DNA of 45,341 nucleotides from Anaerohalosphaeraceae bacterium (GCA_050309605.1 JBNRMN010000066.1:1-45341), one strand, 5' to 3'; counted from the stretch's first letter, positions 18,084 through 27,738 are shown. Numbers and translations: made by a program. The notes: generated by a model not told the origin, from the sequence alone.

Positions 18084-19448
18084 TTACAAGCAATAAACCC
18101 AGGTTATTGCGGCCATAATCGCACAATAAGCGGCAAAATACTTCAATTTTCGACGTTTGGAAATACGGATCAGCAGTTTCAATGCGACCACCCCGACTAT
18201 AAACGCCGACAGCATACCCGCTAAGGCATACGACAGGCCGACCGAGCCGTTCAGCAGGGCGTCGGAATTTTTGACAAGCTGAATCACCGTGCCGCCCAGA
18301 ATCGCGGGGATAGAAATCAAAAAACTGAATTCAATCGCCCAGCGTGTCTTTAGCCCCAGCAAAATGGCCGCACAGATCGTCGCCCCGCTGCGGGAAATGC
18401 CCGGCAGAATCGCAAAACCCTGAAACAGGCCGATAATAACAGCCATTATAACCGTAAAATCACGCAATCCTTTTTTTCCGTGTCGATAATCCGACGCCAG
18501 CAGCAGCGCAGCCGTAACCAGCCACATTGAGGCGACCACAGGCAGGCTGCGCGCCGCTTCAAGCGGCCGCTTGAAAATAACATAAAACACGGCTGTCGTA
18601 AAGGTGGCAAGAAGCGCCAAAGCTGCAAACCGCAGGGCGGGTTTGAGCATCATTCGGTCGCGCCACGGCCCGTCGCCTTGAACGGAAAGGGCAAGATGGC
18701 GAAAAAAACGAATCATCGGCGTCCAGAATACAACCACGATCGATGCGACCGTTCCCACATGCAGACACAAATCAAAAAACAGCATTTCCGGGGTGTGCGT
18801 ATCGACCCCATCGGCAAAGGATTCAAAAAAGACCAGATGACCGGAGGACGACACCGGCAAAAACTCTGTCGCCCCCTGCACAACCCCCAGAAACAAAGCA
18901 AACCGTGCGCTCATGCCTTCCCCCGCGCCAAGGGCATGGGCCATTGCCCCGACCGAGGCGTCCAGATGTCGGCCCACAATCCAAATCGCCGCGGCCCATA
19001 AGCCGGCCGCCAGATCGTCGGCCAAAATCCCCCACCCGTCGGAGAATTGCTCTAACCGCTTACAAGGCCAGGGCTTAAAAATATCAAAGACGCGAAACAG
19101 CCCGAATCCCACCGCCGCGGTCAGGCAAAACCCGGCATTCGGCGCCAGCAACTGCATCAGCAGCAGCGCCAGCGCCGCTCCGGCAACCTCATCGCTGACA
19201 ATCCGTCCGGGGTCTTTGGAGCCGGTTGACGCAATCACCTTCGGCGAGAAGAGCACGGTCACCACGCATCCGACCGCCAGCAGCACCGCCATCGTGCCTA
19301 TCGCGGCCCCATGCCCGAACCATAATCCGGCCGCCATAAACAAAACCGCCGGCGGCAGTGATCCCCACGTTCCCGGAGCCATCGGGATTCGCCCCAACCC
19401 CAGCGAGGTCGTGAGCCATTCTTCTTTGGTCATTTGGATTTTGAGCAT
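18084..19448 (-). CDS. Fusion of phosphatidylglycerophosphatase A (N-terminal) and undecaprenyl-diphosphate phosphatase UppP/BacA (C-terminal)
   Basis: PgpA motifs APGTWGSL, DPGRIVSDEVAG, FRVFDIFKPWP and GILADDLAAG, plus UppP motifs QGATEFLPVSSSGHL, LHVGT and PGISRSGATI, all in one continuous frame. Confidence 0.92.
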   Translation of the reverse strand: MLKIQMTKEEWLTTSLGLGRIPMAPGTWGSLPPAVLFMAAGLWFGHGAAIGTMAVLLAVGCVVTVLFSPKVIASTGSKDPGRIVSDEVAGAALALLLMQLLAPNAGFCLTAAVGFGLFRVFDIFKPWPCKRLEQFSDGWGILADDLAAGLWAAAIWIVGRHLDASVGAMAHALGAGEGMSARFALFLGVVQGATEFLPVSSSGHLVFFESFADGVDTHTPEMLFFDLCLHVGTVASIVVVFWTPMIRFFRHLALSVQGDGPWRDRMMLKPALRFAALALLATFTTAVFYVIFKRPLEAARSLPVVASMWLVTAALLLASDYRHGKKGLRDFTVIMAVIIGLFQGFAILPGISRSGATICAAILLGLKTRWAIEFSFLISIPAILGGTVIQLVKNSDALLNGSVGLSYALAGMLSAFIVGVVALKLLIRISKRRKLKYFAAYCAIMAAITWVYCL

Positions 19449-19508
19449 AGTTGACCTGAAAATCTGTCTTGCCTTCTCGATTGTAATGAACGAAAGGAGC
19501 CTGTTGGT

Positions 19509-20480
19509 CTAAAACACCATCGTCAGCGTGATTGCACCGTAGCTGTCCGGGCGGCTTTGTTCCTTAAATGTCTCTGTCATAAAGGTTTGCATATAAGCCA
19601 GTTCAATGTCGTCCCAGCGGCAGGCCAGGCCGACCTGCGCGCGACCGGTCAGCGGTCGAGGCGTCAATCCGGTCAGAAAACGGTCGTGTTGCACCGCCCT
19701 GCCGCTGAGCCGCGCAAAAACATAGACCGACCGCGTGTTTTGAAGATCCATCGCCGCGGCTGAGCTGGGCAGTTCCAGCCGTCCCGGCCCGAAATCATCC
19801 GGCAGATTCACCCCGCAACGCAACATCACGCCCGCCTCGATATGACGATGCAGCGAGCCGGCGGTAAAACCAAAATCGGTAATCACGTCGGTATAGTCGG
19901 TCGGGGCCAGCCACCCGCCCGTTTGGCGCTGCCGACGCACCCACGTCACATCCGCCGCCGGTTCATCGCCGATCTGCTCATCCCAGCCGACCGGCCGGCC
20001 GGAGCGCAGTACCTGATGGATGCAGTGCTGCGTGCGGTGTGCCCGTGCCGACGGACCGACCATCCCGACGTTCAGCTCAAAATGGTCCAGCAGATCCGCC
20101 TGCCGGCGCTGAACGAATAGACCCGTATAAAGCCAGCCGGCAAAGACGTGCTCTTTATCGCCGCGCCGGGACGGTTCATCGGCGTGGTCGGGCGTGTAGA
20201 TATTCTGTCCCAGAAAAAAACCGACCGCCGGAGCAACGGAGGCCGGTTGCGAAAACAAAGAACTTTCGGAAAAATCCATCAGCCATTGCCAGTCCGGCTC
20301 AGTGGAATAGACCAGCTTTGTGCCATGGGTGTAGTGGCGATCCGTCGCGCCGTTGGGTTTGAGGTAGCGGCTGTCGTTCTCAAAATACATCGAAAACATC
20401 CCCCCGCCCGCTTGGGCGGCGGTGAGCATCACCACACACGTACCGATCAGACGGCCATGCGACGTAAAGCGTTTTTTCAT
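19509..20480 (-). CDS. Lipid A deacylase LpxR family (DUF2219) outer-membrane beta-barrel protein
   Basis: Signal peptide; FEND…DRHYTHG, GQNIYTP, FAGWLY and GMVGPSA motifs; C-terminal Phe typical of OM barrels. Confidence 0.85.
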   Translation of the reverse strand: MKKRFTSHGRLIGTCVVMLTAAQAGGGMFSMYFENDSRYLKPNGATDRHYTHGTKLVYSTEPDWQWLMDFSESSLFSQPASVAPAVGFFLGQNIYTPDHADEPSRRGDKEHVFAGWLYTGLFVQRRQADLLDHFELNVGMVGPSARAHRTQHCIHQVLRSGRPVGWDEQIGDEPAADVTWVRRQRQTGGWLAPTDYTDVITDFGFTAGSLHRHIEAGVMLRCGVNLPDDFGPGRLELPSSAAAMDLQNTRSVYVFARLSGRAVQHDRFLTGLTPRPLTGRAQVGLACRWDDIELAYMQTFMTETFKEQSRPDSYGAITLTMVF

Positions 20481-20540
20481 TGTCCCCGTCCTGATTCAAT
20501 TCCCGTTTTATACAGAATATAAGTCAAATGTCCCCCGATT

Positions 20541-20568
20541 GTATCGGCCAATGATACCATATGCTTTA
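20541..20568 (-). promoter_or_regulatory. Sigma28 (FliA/WhiG)-like promoter upstream of the LpxR-like gene
   Basis: Minus strand reads TAAAG-15 nt-GCCGATAC. Confidence 0.5.
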
Positions 20569-20638
20569 CATCATCCTTCATATAATACGTTTCCGTAACG
20601 ATCGGCAAAATAAACAATATAATTCATCATGGATTGAA

Positions 20639-22180
20639 TCATTCCCATTCAATGGTTGCGGGGGGTTTGCTGGAGATGTCATAGACCACGCGGTTGACGC
20701 CGCGGACTTCATTGATGATGCGTCCGGCGATGCGTCCGAGCACCTCGTGCGGAATATGCGAAAAATCCGCCGTCATAAAATCGGTCGTCTCGACGCAGCG
20801 TACGGCAATGACATGCTCATAACTGCGTTCGTCGCCCATTACGCCGACCGTCCCGACCGGCAGCAGCACCGCCAGCGCCTGGCTGATCTGCCGATAGAGG
20901 CCGGCGGCTTTGATCTCCTCGATGAGGATATCATCGGCCTGACGCAAGATCTCCAGACGCGGCTCGGTGACCTCACCCAGCACCCGCACCGCCAGGCCGG
21001 GGCCGGGGAACGGATGCCGCCAGACCCATTCTTCCGGCAGACCCAGATACTCGCCGACCAGCCGCACTTCGTCCTTGAACAAATCCCGCAGCGGCTCGAC
21101 CAGTTCAAAACCCAATTCCTCCGGCAGGCCGCCCACATTGTGATGCAGTTTGATATTGGCGGCCAGATTGCCGTCTTTGCTGCCCGATTCTATCACATCC
21201 GGATACAGCGTGCCCTGAGCCAGAAATTCAGCATTCGGGATTTTTTTCGCCTCGGATTTGAACGCTTCAATAAATTCAGCGCCGATGATTTTGCGTTTTT
21301 GCTGCGGCTCGGTAACACCGGCCAGCTTGGCCAGGAATTGGCGTGACCAATCCACCACATGCAAATCGATATGAAAATGCCCGCGAAACATCGACTCGAC
21401 CCCGTCGCGCTCGTTTTTCCGCAGCAGGCCGTGATCGACGAAGATGCACACCAACTGATCGCCGATGGCCTTGTGCAGCAGCGCCGCGGTAACTGCCGAA
21501 TCCACGCCGCCGGACAATCCGCAAATTACCGTCGCCTTGCCGACCTGCTTTCTGACCTGGGCGATGGTCTCTTCGACAAAATCGCGCATTTGCCAGTCGC
21601 CGGTACACCCGCAAATATCGTACAGAAAATTTTTAAGGATGTCCGTGCCGCGCGGCGTATGGGTCACTTCCGGATGAAACTGCACACCGAAGAATTTGCC
21701 CGACGTGTGCCGCACCGCCGCAATCGGACAGGTCTTTGTCTCGGCCAGCGATTCAAATGCGTCGGTCAATTGATTGACCTGGTCGCCGTGGCTCATCCAT
21801 ACGGTGGTATGCTCGCTCAGTCCCGCGAACAAATCCGACCGGTCGATGAGGGTCACATCCGTGCGGCCGTATTCACGGCTCTTGCCCGGCGCGACATCGG
21901 CGCCGAGAATCTTGCAGCCGATCTGCATCCCGTAACAGATTCCCAAGACCGGCACACCCAGCTCGAAAATCCGCGGATCGCACGTCGGCGCATTCGGCGC
22001 GGTCACGCTGGCCGGCCCGCCCGACAGAATAACACCTTTCACGCCGATCTGGGCCAGGGTCTCAATCTTGACCGTCGGCTGATAAATCTGGGAATAAACC
22101 TTGTGCTCACGTACCCGTCGAGCGATCAACTGACCGTACTGACTGCCGAAATCGATAATGGCGACCACTTCTCGCGACAT
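20639..22180 (-). CDS. guaA: GMP synthase (glutamine-hydrolysing)
   Basis: [34 protein letters not shown] and [10 protein letters not shown] motifs. Confidence 0.98.
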   Translation of the reverse strand: MSREVVAIIDFGSQYGQLIARRVREHKVYSQIYQPTVKIETLAQIGVKGVILSGGPASVTAPNAPTCDPRIFELGVPVLGICYGMQIGCKILGADVAPGKSREYGRTDVTLIDRSDLFAGLSEHTTVWMSHGDQVNQLTDAFESLAETKTCPIAAVRHTSGKFFGVQFHPEVTHTPRGTDILKNFLYDICGCTGDWQMRDFVEETIAQVRKQVGKATVICGLSGGVDSAVTAALLHKAIGDQLVCIFVDHGLLRKNERDGVESMFRGHFHIDLHVVDWSRQFLAKLAGVTEPQQKRKIIGAEFIEAFKSEAKKIPNAEFLAQGTLYPDVIESGSKDGNLAANIKLHHNVGGLPEELGFELVEPLRDLFKDEVRLVGEYLGLPEEWVWRHPFPGPGLAVRVLGEVTEPRLEILRQADDILIEEIKAAGLYRQISQALAVLLPVGTVGVMGDERSYEHVIAVRCVETTDFMTADFSHIPHEVLGRIAGRIINEVRGVNRVVYDISSKPPATIEWE

Positions 22181-22426
22181 ACAACCTCTCTATTTGAATG
22201 ATTTTGATCGTTTGCAGAAAAATCTTACTCCTGTTTGCCTTTTTTTGCAACCATTCTCAACGAAAATTGCGGTCGTGCCCCGACCGGCCTGAGTCGTATC
22301 CGGCGGTGCGGAAGGAATATTCAAGCAAACGCCCTGAATCAGCCGAATTGAATGATAACAAATGCGGTCGAAAAACTTATTGTATGATATACTATAACAG
22401 CACAGTCGTTCGCTTGAAGGTGTCTT

Positions 22427-23161
22427 ATGAGTCAAATTGAACAGCTCAAAGCCGACCATGTGGAGCAGTGTCTCAACCATATCGTCCAGACCGCCGCGGC
22501 CGGTACCCTCAGTTTTACAACCAACGGAAAATGGCATGTCTTTGAGATGGCCCTGACGAAGGTCTCGCCCGACGATCTTCAGGTGGACATCAAAACAGAC
22601 GACCGGCAAGCCGCTATCCTGAAAAAAGACCAACCGGTCGGCATCTGCCTGCACTGTGCCCATTGTAAATATGTGTTTGAAAGCGTTATTACAGAGCCGC
22701 CCTGTCCGGAAAAACCCGGACGAGTTCATCTGGACCTGCCCGATCAAATCGAAATGGTTCAGCAGCGCGTCTATGAGCGGCACGCGGTCCCGTCCAGGCT
22801 CAACGTGCGCGCGATGTTTTGGCATCGCGGCTATTTGAACAATAACCTTGCCCTACCCAAAGAGGAGTGCTGGCAGGGCAAGCTCGAAAACATCTCCGTC
22901 GGCGGCGCAATGATTCGCGTCGATCCGGCGCTGCGGGATTGCTTTTGCATCGGGCAGATTGTCGGGCTTCAATTCACACCTATGCCCTATCAAAAACCAA
23001 TTCTTCTTGAGGCCGGCATCCGCCATCTTCAGGCCTCCAGCGACGGCTGCGGTCTTCAGGTCGGCGTTGAATTTCTCGGCCTCGAAGCCGGTTATGAAGG
23101 ACGCCAGTTGCTGCACCGTCTGCTCGACGTCATCAACGCCTACGAAAAAATGAACAAATAG
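22427..23161 (+). CDS. PilZ-domain c-di-GMP receptor (YcgR/flagellar brake-like)
   Basis: RxxxR (RVYER) and (D/N)xSxxG (NISVGG) motifs follow an N-terminal PilZN-like beta domain. Confidence 0.85.
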   Translation: MSQIEQLKADHVEQCLNHIVQTAAAGTLSFTTNGKWHVFEMALTKVSPDDLQVDIKTDDRQAAILKKDQPVGICLHCAHCKYVFESVITEPPCPEKPGRVHLDLPDQIEMVQQRVYERHAVPSRLNVRAMFWHRGYLNNNLALPKEECWQGKLENISVGGAMIRVDPALRDCFCIGQIVGLQFTPMPYQKPILLEAGIRHLQASSDGCGLQVGVEFLGLEAGYEGRQLLHRLLDVINAYEKMNK

Positions 23162-23241
23162 CACCGCCATTTACAGGATCGACCCACGAGCAATGATACC
23201 CTGGTGGACACGTCGTTCTTGGCGCGGCGGAGCTGCAATCC

Positions 23242-23290
23242 AATTCCAAATACGAATCTCGAAATCCAAAGCAAGTTCAAATGACTAAAA
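23242..23290. repeat. Degenerate heptamer-periodic element (aattcca aatacga atctcga aatccaa …)
   Basis: 7-nt periodicity in the spacer between convergent genes, flanked by an 8-bp inverted repeat acacgtcg (23208-23215) / cgacgtgt (23338-23345). Confidence 0.5.
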
Positions 23291-23382
23291 ACACTATGCT
23301 CCCAACCTCAATGAACTGAACTCGTCGGGTTTCTTCGCGACGTGTGTGGTCAAGAAAGCGTCAAATGATTGTGCTCGGACGT

Positions 23383-24441
23383 CTATGGTCGATAGTCGCG
23401 TTTGGCCGGATGGGCGGCAATGTATTCAACCAACAGCGCGATGGTACTTTCCACATCGTCCAGCGAAATCACCTCCACCGGCGTGTGCATATAGCGGTTG
23501 GGAATACTGATCAGGGCGGTGGCCGCCCCGCCGCGACACAGTTGCATGGCGTTGGCGTCCGTACCGGTGCCGCGGGGTTCTGCGGTAACCTGATAGGGAA
23601 TCTTGTGTTGTTTGGCAATCTTAAACAGCCAATCCTCCATCACCGGGTTGATATTCGGCCCGCGGTGCAGGACGGGGCCTTTGCCCAACTTGACCTCGCC
23701 GAGACTCTTGGGGTCGGTATCCGGATGATCGCTGGCAAAACCGACATCAATCGCGATACCCGCCTGCGGATGAACCGAATAGGCCGAGGTCATCGCCCCG
23801 CGCAGTCCCACTTCTTCCTGAACGGTGGCCACCCCCGCGACAGAGATATTTAACTTCTTTTTTGACAGGGCTTTAAGCACTTCAGCCACAATGAACGCCC
23901 CGATCTTGTCATCGGTCGCGCGGGAGACGACCTTATGCCCGTTGAGTCGGCGATACGGCACATCAACGACCATCGGATCGCCAATGGACACGCGCTTCAG
24001 GGCGGCTTTTTTATCGTCGGCGCCGATGTCCACCCAGATATTTTCCATCTCGACGGTCTTTTTGCGTTCGTCCGGCTTCATCTGATGAATCGCTTTACGT
24101 CCGATAACACCGAACACCTCGCCCTTTTTGGTCATAATCTTGACCCGCTGGCCGATCAGCAGCGACGGATCCATTCCGCCGATCTGTGCGGTATAGATAT
24201 AGCCCTTGTCGTCAATATGAGTAATCATCAGGCCGATCTCGTCAATATGCCCGGCCAGCATAAACTTAAACTCAGCCGCCGGATTCAGCACCGCAATGGT
24301 GTTGCCGTGCACATCCGGAATCAATTCATCGACAAAATCCTTCACATACGCCCGCCAGCAGGCCGCGGCCGGCTGCTCAAAACCCGATGGACTGGGCGCC
24401 TCCAGCAATTGCTTCAAAAACGCTTCTGATGTCTGATTCAT
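23383..24441 (-). CDS. M42 family metallopeptidase
   Basis: PSPSGFE, GHIDEIG, DDKIG, TVQEEVGLRGA, GTDA and RYMHTPVE motifs. Confidence 0.93.
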   Translation of the reverse strand: MNQTSEAFLKQLLEAPSPSGFEQPAAACWRAYVKDFVDELIPDVHGNTIAVLNPAAEFKFMLAGHIDEIGLMITHIDDKGYIYTAQIGGMDPSLLIGQRVKIMTKKGEVFGVIGRKAIHQMKPDERKKTVEMENIWVDIGADDKKAALKRVSIGDPMVVDVPYRRLNGHKVVSRATDDKIGAFIVAEVLKALSKKKLNISVAGVATVQEEVGLRGAMTSAYSVHPQAGIAIDVGFASDHPDTDPKSLGEVKLGKGPVLHRGPNINPVMEDWLFKIAKQHKIPYQVTAEPRGTGTDANAMQLCRGGAATALISIPNRYMHTPVEVISLDDVESTIALLVEYIAAHPAKRDYRP

Positions 24442-24493
24442 GCGTCAGTCTTTCGTCTTCAATTGTCAACTCAAGTTCAATAAAAATAAACAG

Positions 24494-25111
24494 TTACGCC
24501 GTTTTCAAAAACTCGGCAGACGCAGCAGCCCGCACGCCGGCTTGGGTCATTTGTTCAATAGCCGTCTGATAATCCCGCTCACAAATCGGTCTGGCGGCAT
24601 CGGTCAGCAGGACGGTTTGAAATCCCAATTGCCGCGCGTCCAGGGCCGTGTATCGGACACAATACTCCCCTGCCAGTCCTGTTATCACAACGCAATCGAC
24701 GCCGTGGTCTTTCAAAAACCCGCCCAAACCGGTTGTTCGTCGATGCAGATTATCATAAAAAGCGCTGTAGCTGTCAATGTCGGGGTCTGTTCCTTTTCGA
24801 ATAACGGCCTGCACGCGGCGGACATCGAGCGACTCGGCCAGCTCTGCCCCTGGGCTGCCCTGGACGCAGTGATCCGGCCAGAGGACCTGCTCGCAGCCGT
24901 TCAGATCCATGGTTTCCAGCGGTTTTTTGCCGGGATGCTGGGAGGCAAAGCTGCTGTGGTTTTGCGGATGCCAGTCCTGTGTGGCCACGACCAGATCAAA
25001 ATGCCCCTGCAAACGGTTCAGCAATGGAATAATCTCATCGCCGCGGGGAACGGCCAGTGCCCCGCCGGGCAAAAAATCATATTGTATATCTGTTATAATC
25101 AATGCATTCAT
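24494..25111 (-). CDS. pncA: Nicotinamidase/pyrazinamidase
   Basis: DIQYDFLPGGALAV, TQDWHP, WPDHCVQG, KG…DSYSAF and GLAGEYCV motifs. Confidence 0.95.
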   Translation of the reverse strand: MNALIITDIQYDFLPGGALAVPRGDEIIPLLNRLQGHFDLVVATQDWHPQNHSSFASQHPGKKPLETMDLNGCEQVLWPDHCVQGSPGAELAESLDVRRVQAVIRKGTDPDIDSYSAFYDNLHRRTTGLGGFLKDHGVDCVVITGLAGEYCVRYTALDARQLGFQTVLLTDAARPICERDYQTAIEQMTQAGVRAAASAEFLKTA

Positions 25112-25129
25112 TGTTCAGCTCCCTATGGT

Positions 25130-26536
25130 CTATCTTCGATGTCGGGCAATCAGATCGTCCCGAAGGGCAGTCAATTTCGGGCTGAGACCCACTTTGTAGA
25201 GATGCGGGTACTCAAACCGTTTGTATTCGTCCGGCAGACGGGCCAGCCGCTGCCGCGCATAATCAGCCGCCGCAGCGACGGAAACCGGTTCACGCACACG
25301 GCGTCCGCCGGACATGACCTTGACAAGTAATTCTTCGTATTCCAGCCCCGACAGTTCGAATGTTTTATGCGGCTCGGTCGGATGAACCATCGACTCAACC
25401 TTAGATTCATCACCAAGGACGACGGCATCAGCGGCAAAACCGCCCTGCCCGTTGACATAACGCAAAATGTTCTTGACGCCGGGAAGCGTGGCTTTGCTCA
25501 GCGAATCGGAGACTTTCAATCGCGGGATTCCATTGGCCATCGAGAGTTTGTAAACGCCGTCCAGCATCCCGTCCGGATCGCCGATGACCAGCCGCGTGCC
25601 GACGCCGAACAGATCAATCGGCGCACCCTGGGCAATGAGACTGCGAACGAGATACTCGTCCAACTGATTGGAGGCGGCAATCTTGACGTAGTCCAGTTTT
25701 TCCGCGTCCAGCATACGACGCGCCTGTTTGGCCATATAGGCCAGATCGCCGCTGTCCAGCCGGATACCGAACAGCCTTTGGTTGTTCGCCTCCATTTCTT
25801 TGGCAACGCAAATCGCATTCGGCAGACCGCTGTTGAGCGTGTCATAGGTATCGACCAGCAGAATGCAATGATCAGGACAGGCCGCGGCAAACGCACGAAA
25901 CGCCGTCAATTCGTCGTTGTAGCTTTGTACATACGAATGGGCCATCGTGCCGACTGCGGTCAGGCCGTACCGTCGGGCCGCGGCCATATTCGACGTGCTG
26001 TTAAACCCGCCGATGATCGCCGCACGGGCAGCGCCGATGCCGCCGGCGCCATGCGCACGGCGAAAACCAAAATCACTCAGCGACGTATCATTGCCGGCGG
26101 CAAATCGAATCCGGGCGGCCTTGGTTGCGATCAGCGACTGAAAGTTCAGAATGTTCAAAATCACCGTCTCAACCAACTGCGTCTCGATCAGCGTCCCTTC
26201 AACGCGAAGGATCGGCTCATTGGCGAACACCACCTCCCCTTCGCGCACCGTATGAACCGTTCCGCCGAAGCGAAATTGCGAAAGATAGTCCAAAAGCGCC
26301 GTGCGATAACCCTGCGCCTGCAAAAAATTCAGCGCCGCTTCATCGAACCGAAACGCCTCCAGCGCCTCGAGCACATCCTCCAGTCCGGCAAAAACCACAT
26401 ACCCCCCGCCGAAAGGCTGAGAGCGGAAAAAATAATCAAAACACGCTGACCGCTCGTGGATGTTGTCCTCCACATACGCCTGAGCCATCGTAAATTCATA
26501 TTTATCCGTCCACAGCCCGGACAATTGCTGCTGCAT
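25130..26536 (-). CDS. pncB: Nicotinate phosphoribosyltransferase
   Basis: TDKYEFTM, DFGFRRAHG, GTMAHS, LVDTYD and IRLDSGDL motifs. ATG 26536 with a GGAG RBS. Confidence 0.95.
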   Translation of the reverse strand: MQQQLSGLWTDKYEFTMAQAYVEDNIHERSACFDYFFRSQPFGGGYVVFAGLEDVLEALEAFRFDEAALNFLQAQGYRTALLDYLSQFRFGGTVHTVREGEVVFANEPILRVEGTLIETQLVETVILNILNFQSLIATKAARIRFAAGNDTSLSDFGFRRAHGAGGIGAARAAIIGGFNSTSNMAAARRYGLTAVGTMAHSYVQSYNDELTAFRAFAAACPDHCILLVDTYDTLNSGLPNAICVAKEMEANNQRLFGIRLDSGDLAYMAKQARRMLDAEKLDYVKIAASNQLDEYLVRSLIAQGAPIDLFGVGTRLVIGDPDGMLDGVYKLSMANGIPRLKVSDSLSKATLPGVKNILRYVNGQGGFAADAVVLGDESKVESMVHPTEPHKTFELSGLEYEELLVKVMSGGRRVREPVSVAAAADYARQRLARLPDEYKRFEYPHLYKVGLSPKLTALRDDLIARHRR

Positions 26537-26555
26537 AATCAACTCCGTTTGTGAT

Positions 26556-26575
26556 TATGTGAATGTGTTCACATA
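26556..26575. promoter_or_regulatory. Perfect palindrome TATGTGAA-TGTG-TTCACATA (Rex-box-like / CRP-family-like operator) upstream of pncB
   Basis: 8-4-8 inverted repeat about 20 nt upstream of the pncB start. Matches both TGTGAA-N4-TTCACA and TGTGA-N6-TCACA. Confidence 0.65.
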
Positions 26576-26606
26576 CACAAGAAGGCTCGAACTTGAATAT
26601 CACAAA

Positions 26607-27566
26607 TTACAGCGATTCCGCAGCCGTCAGTCCAATGCGCTCGGTCAGGCGTTCAAAATCGTCCAACGAGTAATAATCAATGATGATTCGGCCGCGATTG
26701 CCCTTCTTTTTTGGCTCGATGCAGACCTTCGTTCCCAGAATAGATTGTAGTTGATTTTCAAGGTCTATTATATACGCTTCCTTGCTTTGCTTTTCCTCAG
26801 CGGGTTTTTGTTTTTCTTCAAGGAATTTTCTCACCAGCCGTTCCACTTCCCGCACACTAAGCCGCCCTGCCATAGCCCGATTGGCCAATTTCCGGCGAAG
26901 CTCATCCGACGGCAGCGCCAGCAAGGCCCGAGCGTGGCCCATCGAGAGCTGCTTGCCAATGAGCATATCCTGGATGTCTTTAGGTAAGTCAAGTAGCCTC
27001 AAGTGGTTAGAAATAACCGTCCGGTCTTCACCCAGCTTCTGTGCGGCCTCGGTCTGGTTTAGAGAAAACGACTGAATAAAGTTTTGATACGCCCTGGCCC
27101 GCTCAACGGGGTTTAAGTCTGTCCTGTGAATGTTTTCAACCAGTGCCAATTCGAGCATCTCTTCGTCGGTCGCAGCACGCACCAAGGCCGGAATCATCTC
27201 CAAACCGGCCTGCGAAGCAGCACGAAAACGGCGTTCACCGGCGATGATCTCATAGAATGAGCCGTTTTTTCGAACAATAATCGGCTGGATGACCCCGTTT
27301 TCACGGATGGAACGGGTCAACTCATCCAAATCCTCCTCATTCCAGACAGTTCGAGGCTGATAGGGATTGGGTTTGATTTTCGATAGAGGAATCTCAAATC
27401 GGCTCATGTCCATGTGAACGTCCGCCGCAAACTCGGTCGCCCCGTCTGCTTTGTGAGAATGGGCCGATTCTTTCGCAATCCCCACAGAGGCGGTCTGGAT
27501 AGGCCCCAGAAGAGACTCCAGGCCGCGTCCCAAATGCGCCCGCTTTGTTTTTTTACTGTCCGACAT
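26607..27566 (-). CDS. parB: ParB/Spo0J chromosome partitioning protein
   Basis: LGRGLESLL N-terminal peptide; PNPYQPR, IIAGERRFRA, LVENIHRTDL, an HTH and MGHARALL. GGAGG RBS before ATG 27566. Confidence 0.96.
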   Translation of the reverse strand: MSDSKKTKRAHLGRGLESLLGPIQTASVGIAKESAHSHKADGATEFAADVHMDMSRFEIPLSKIKPNPYQPRTVWNEEDLDELTRSIRENGVIQPIIVRKNGSFYEIIAGERRFRAASQAGLEMIPALVRAATDEEMLELALVENIHRTDLNPVERARAYQNFIQSFSLNQTEAAQKLGEDRTVISNHLRLLDLPKDIQDMLIGKQLSMGHARALLALPSDELRRKLANRAMAGRLSVREVERLVRKFLEEKQKPAEEKQSKEAYIIDLENQLQSILGTKVCIEPKKKGNRGRIIIDYYSLDDFERLTERIGLTAAESL

Positions 27567-27667
27567 AGCAGCCTCCAAAAATAGGTACGCCATCAGTTCT
27601 TTAAGGTAGTTTCGGCAGTTGTATCGAAATGACTCCAGAAATTCCAGTAAAAACCGCGCGATTTCGA

Positions 27668-27683
27668 TGTTTCACGTGAAACA
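27668..27683. promoter_or_regulatory. parS site 1
   Basis: Perfect TGTTTCACGTGAAACA palindrome, the canonical parS consensus. Confidence 0.95.
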
Positions 27684-27722
27684 ACTCATAAAAACGCCTC
27701 CGGATAAAATAGAATTGGCCGG

Positions 27723-27738
27723 TGTTTCACGTGAAACA
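27723..27738. promoter_or_regulatory. parS site 2
   Basis: Perfect TGTTTCACGTGAAACA palindrome, 55 bp (start to start) from site 1. Confidence 0.95.
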
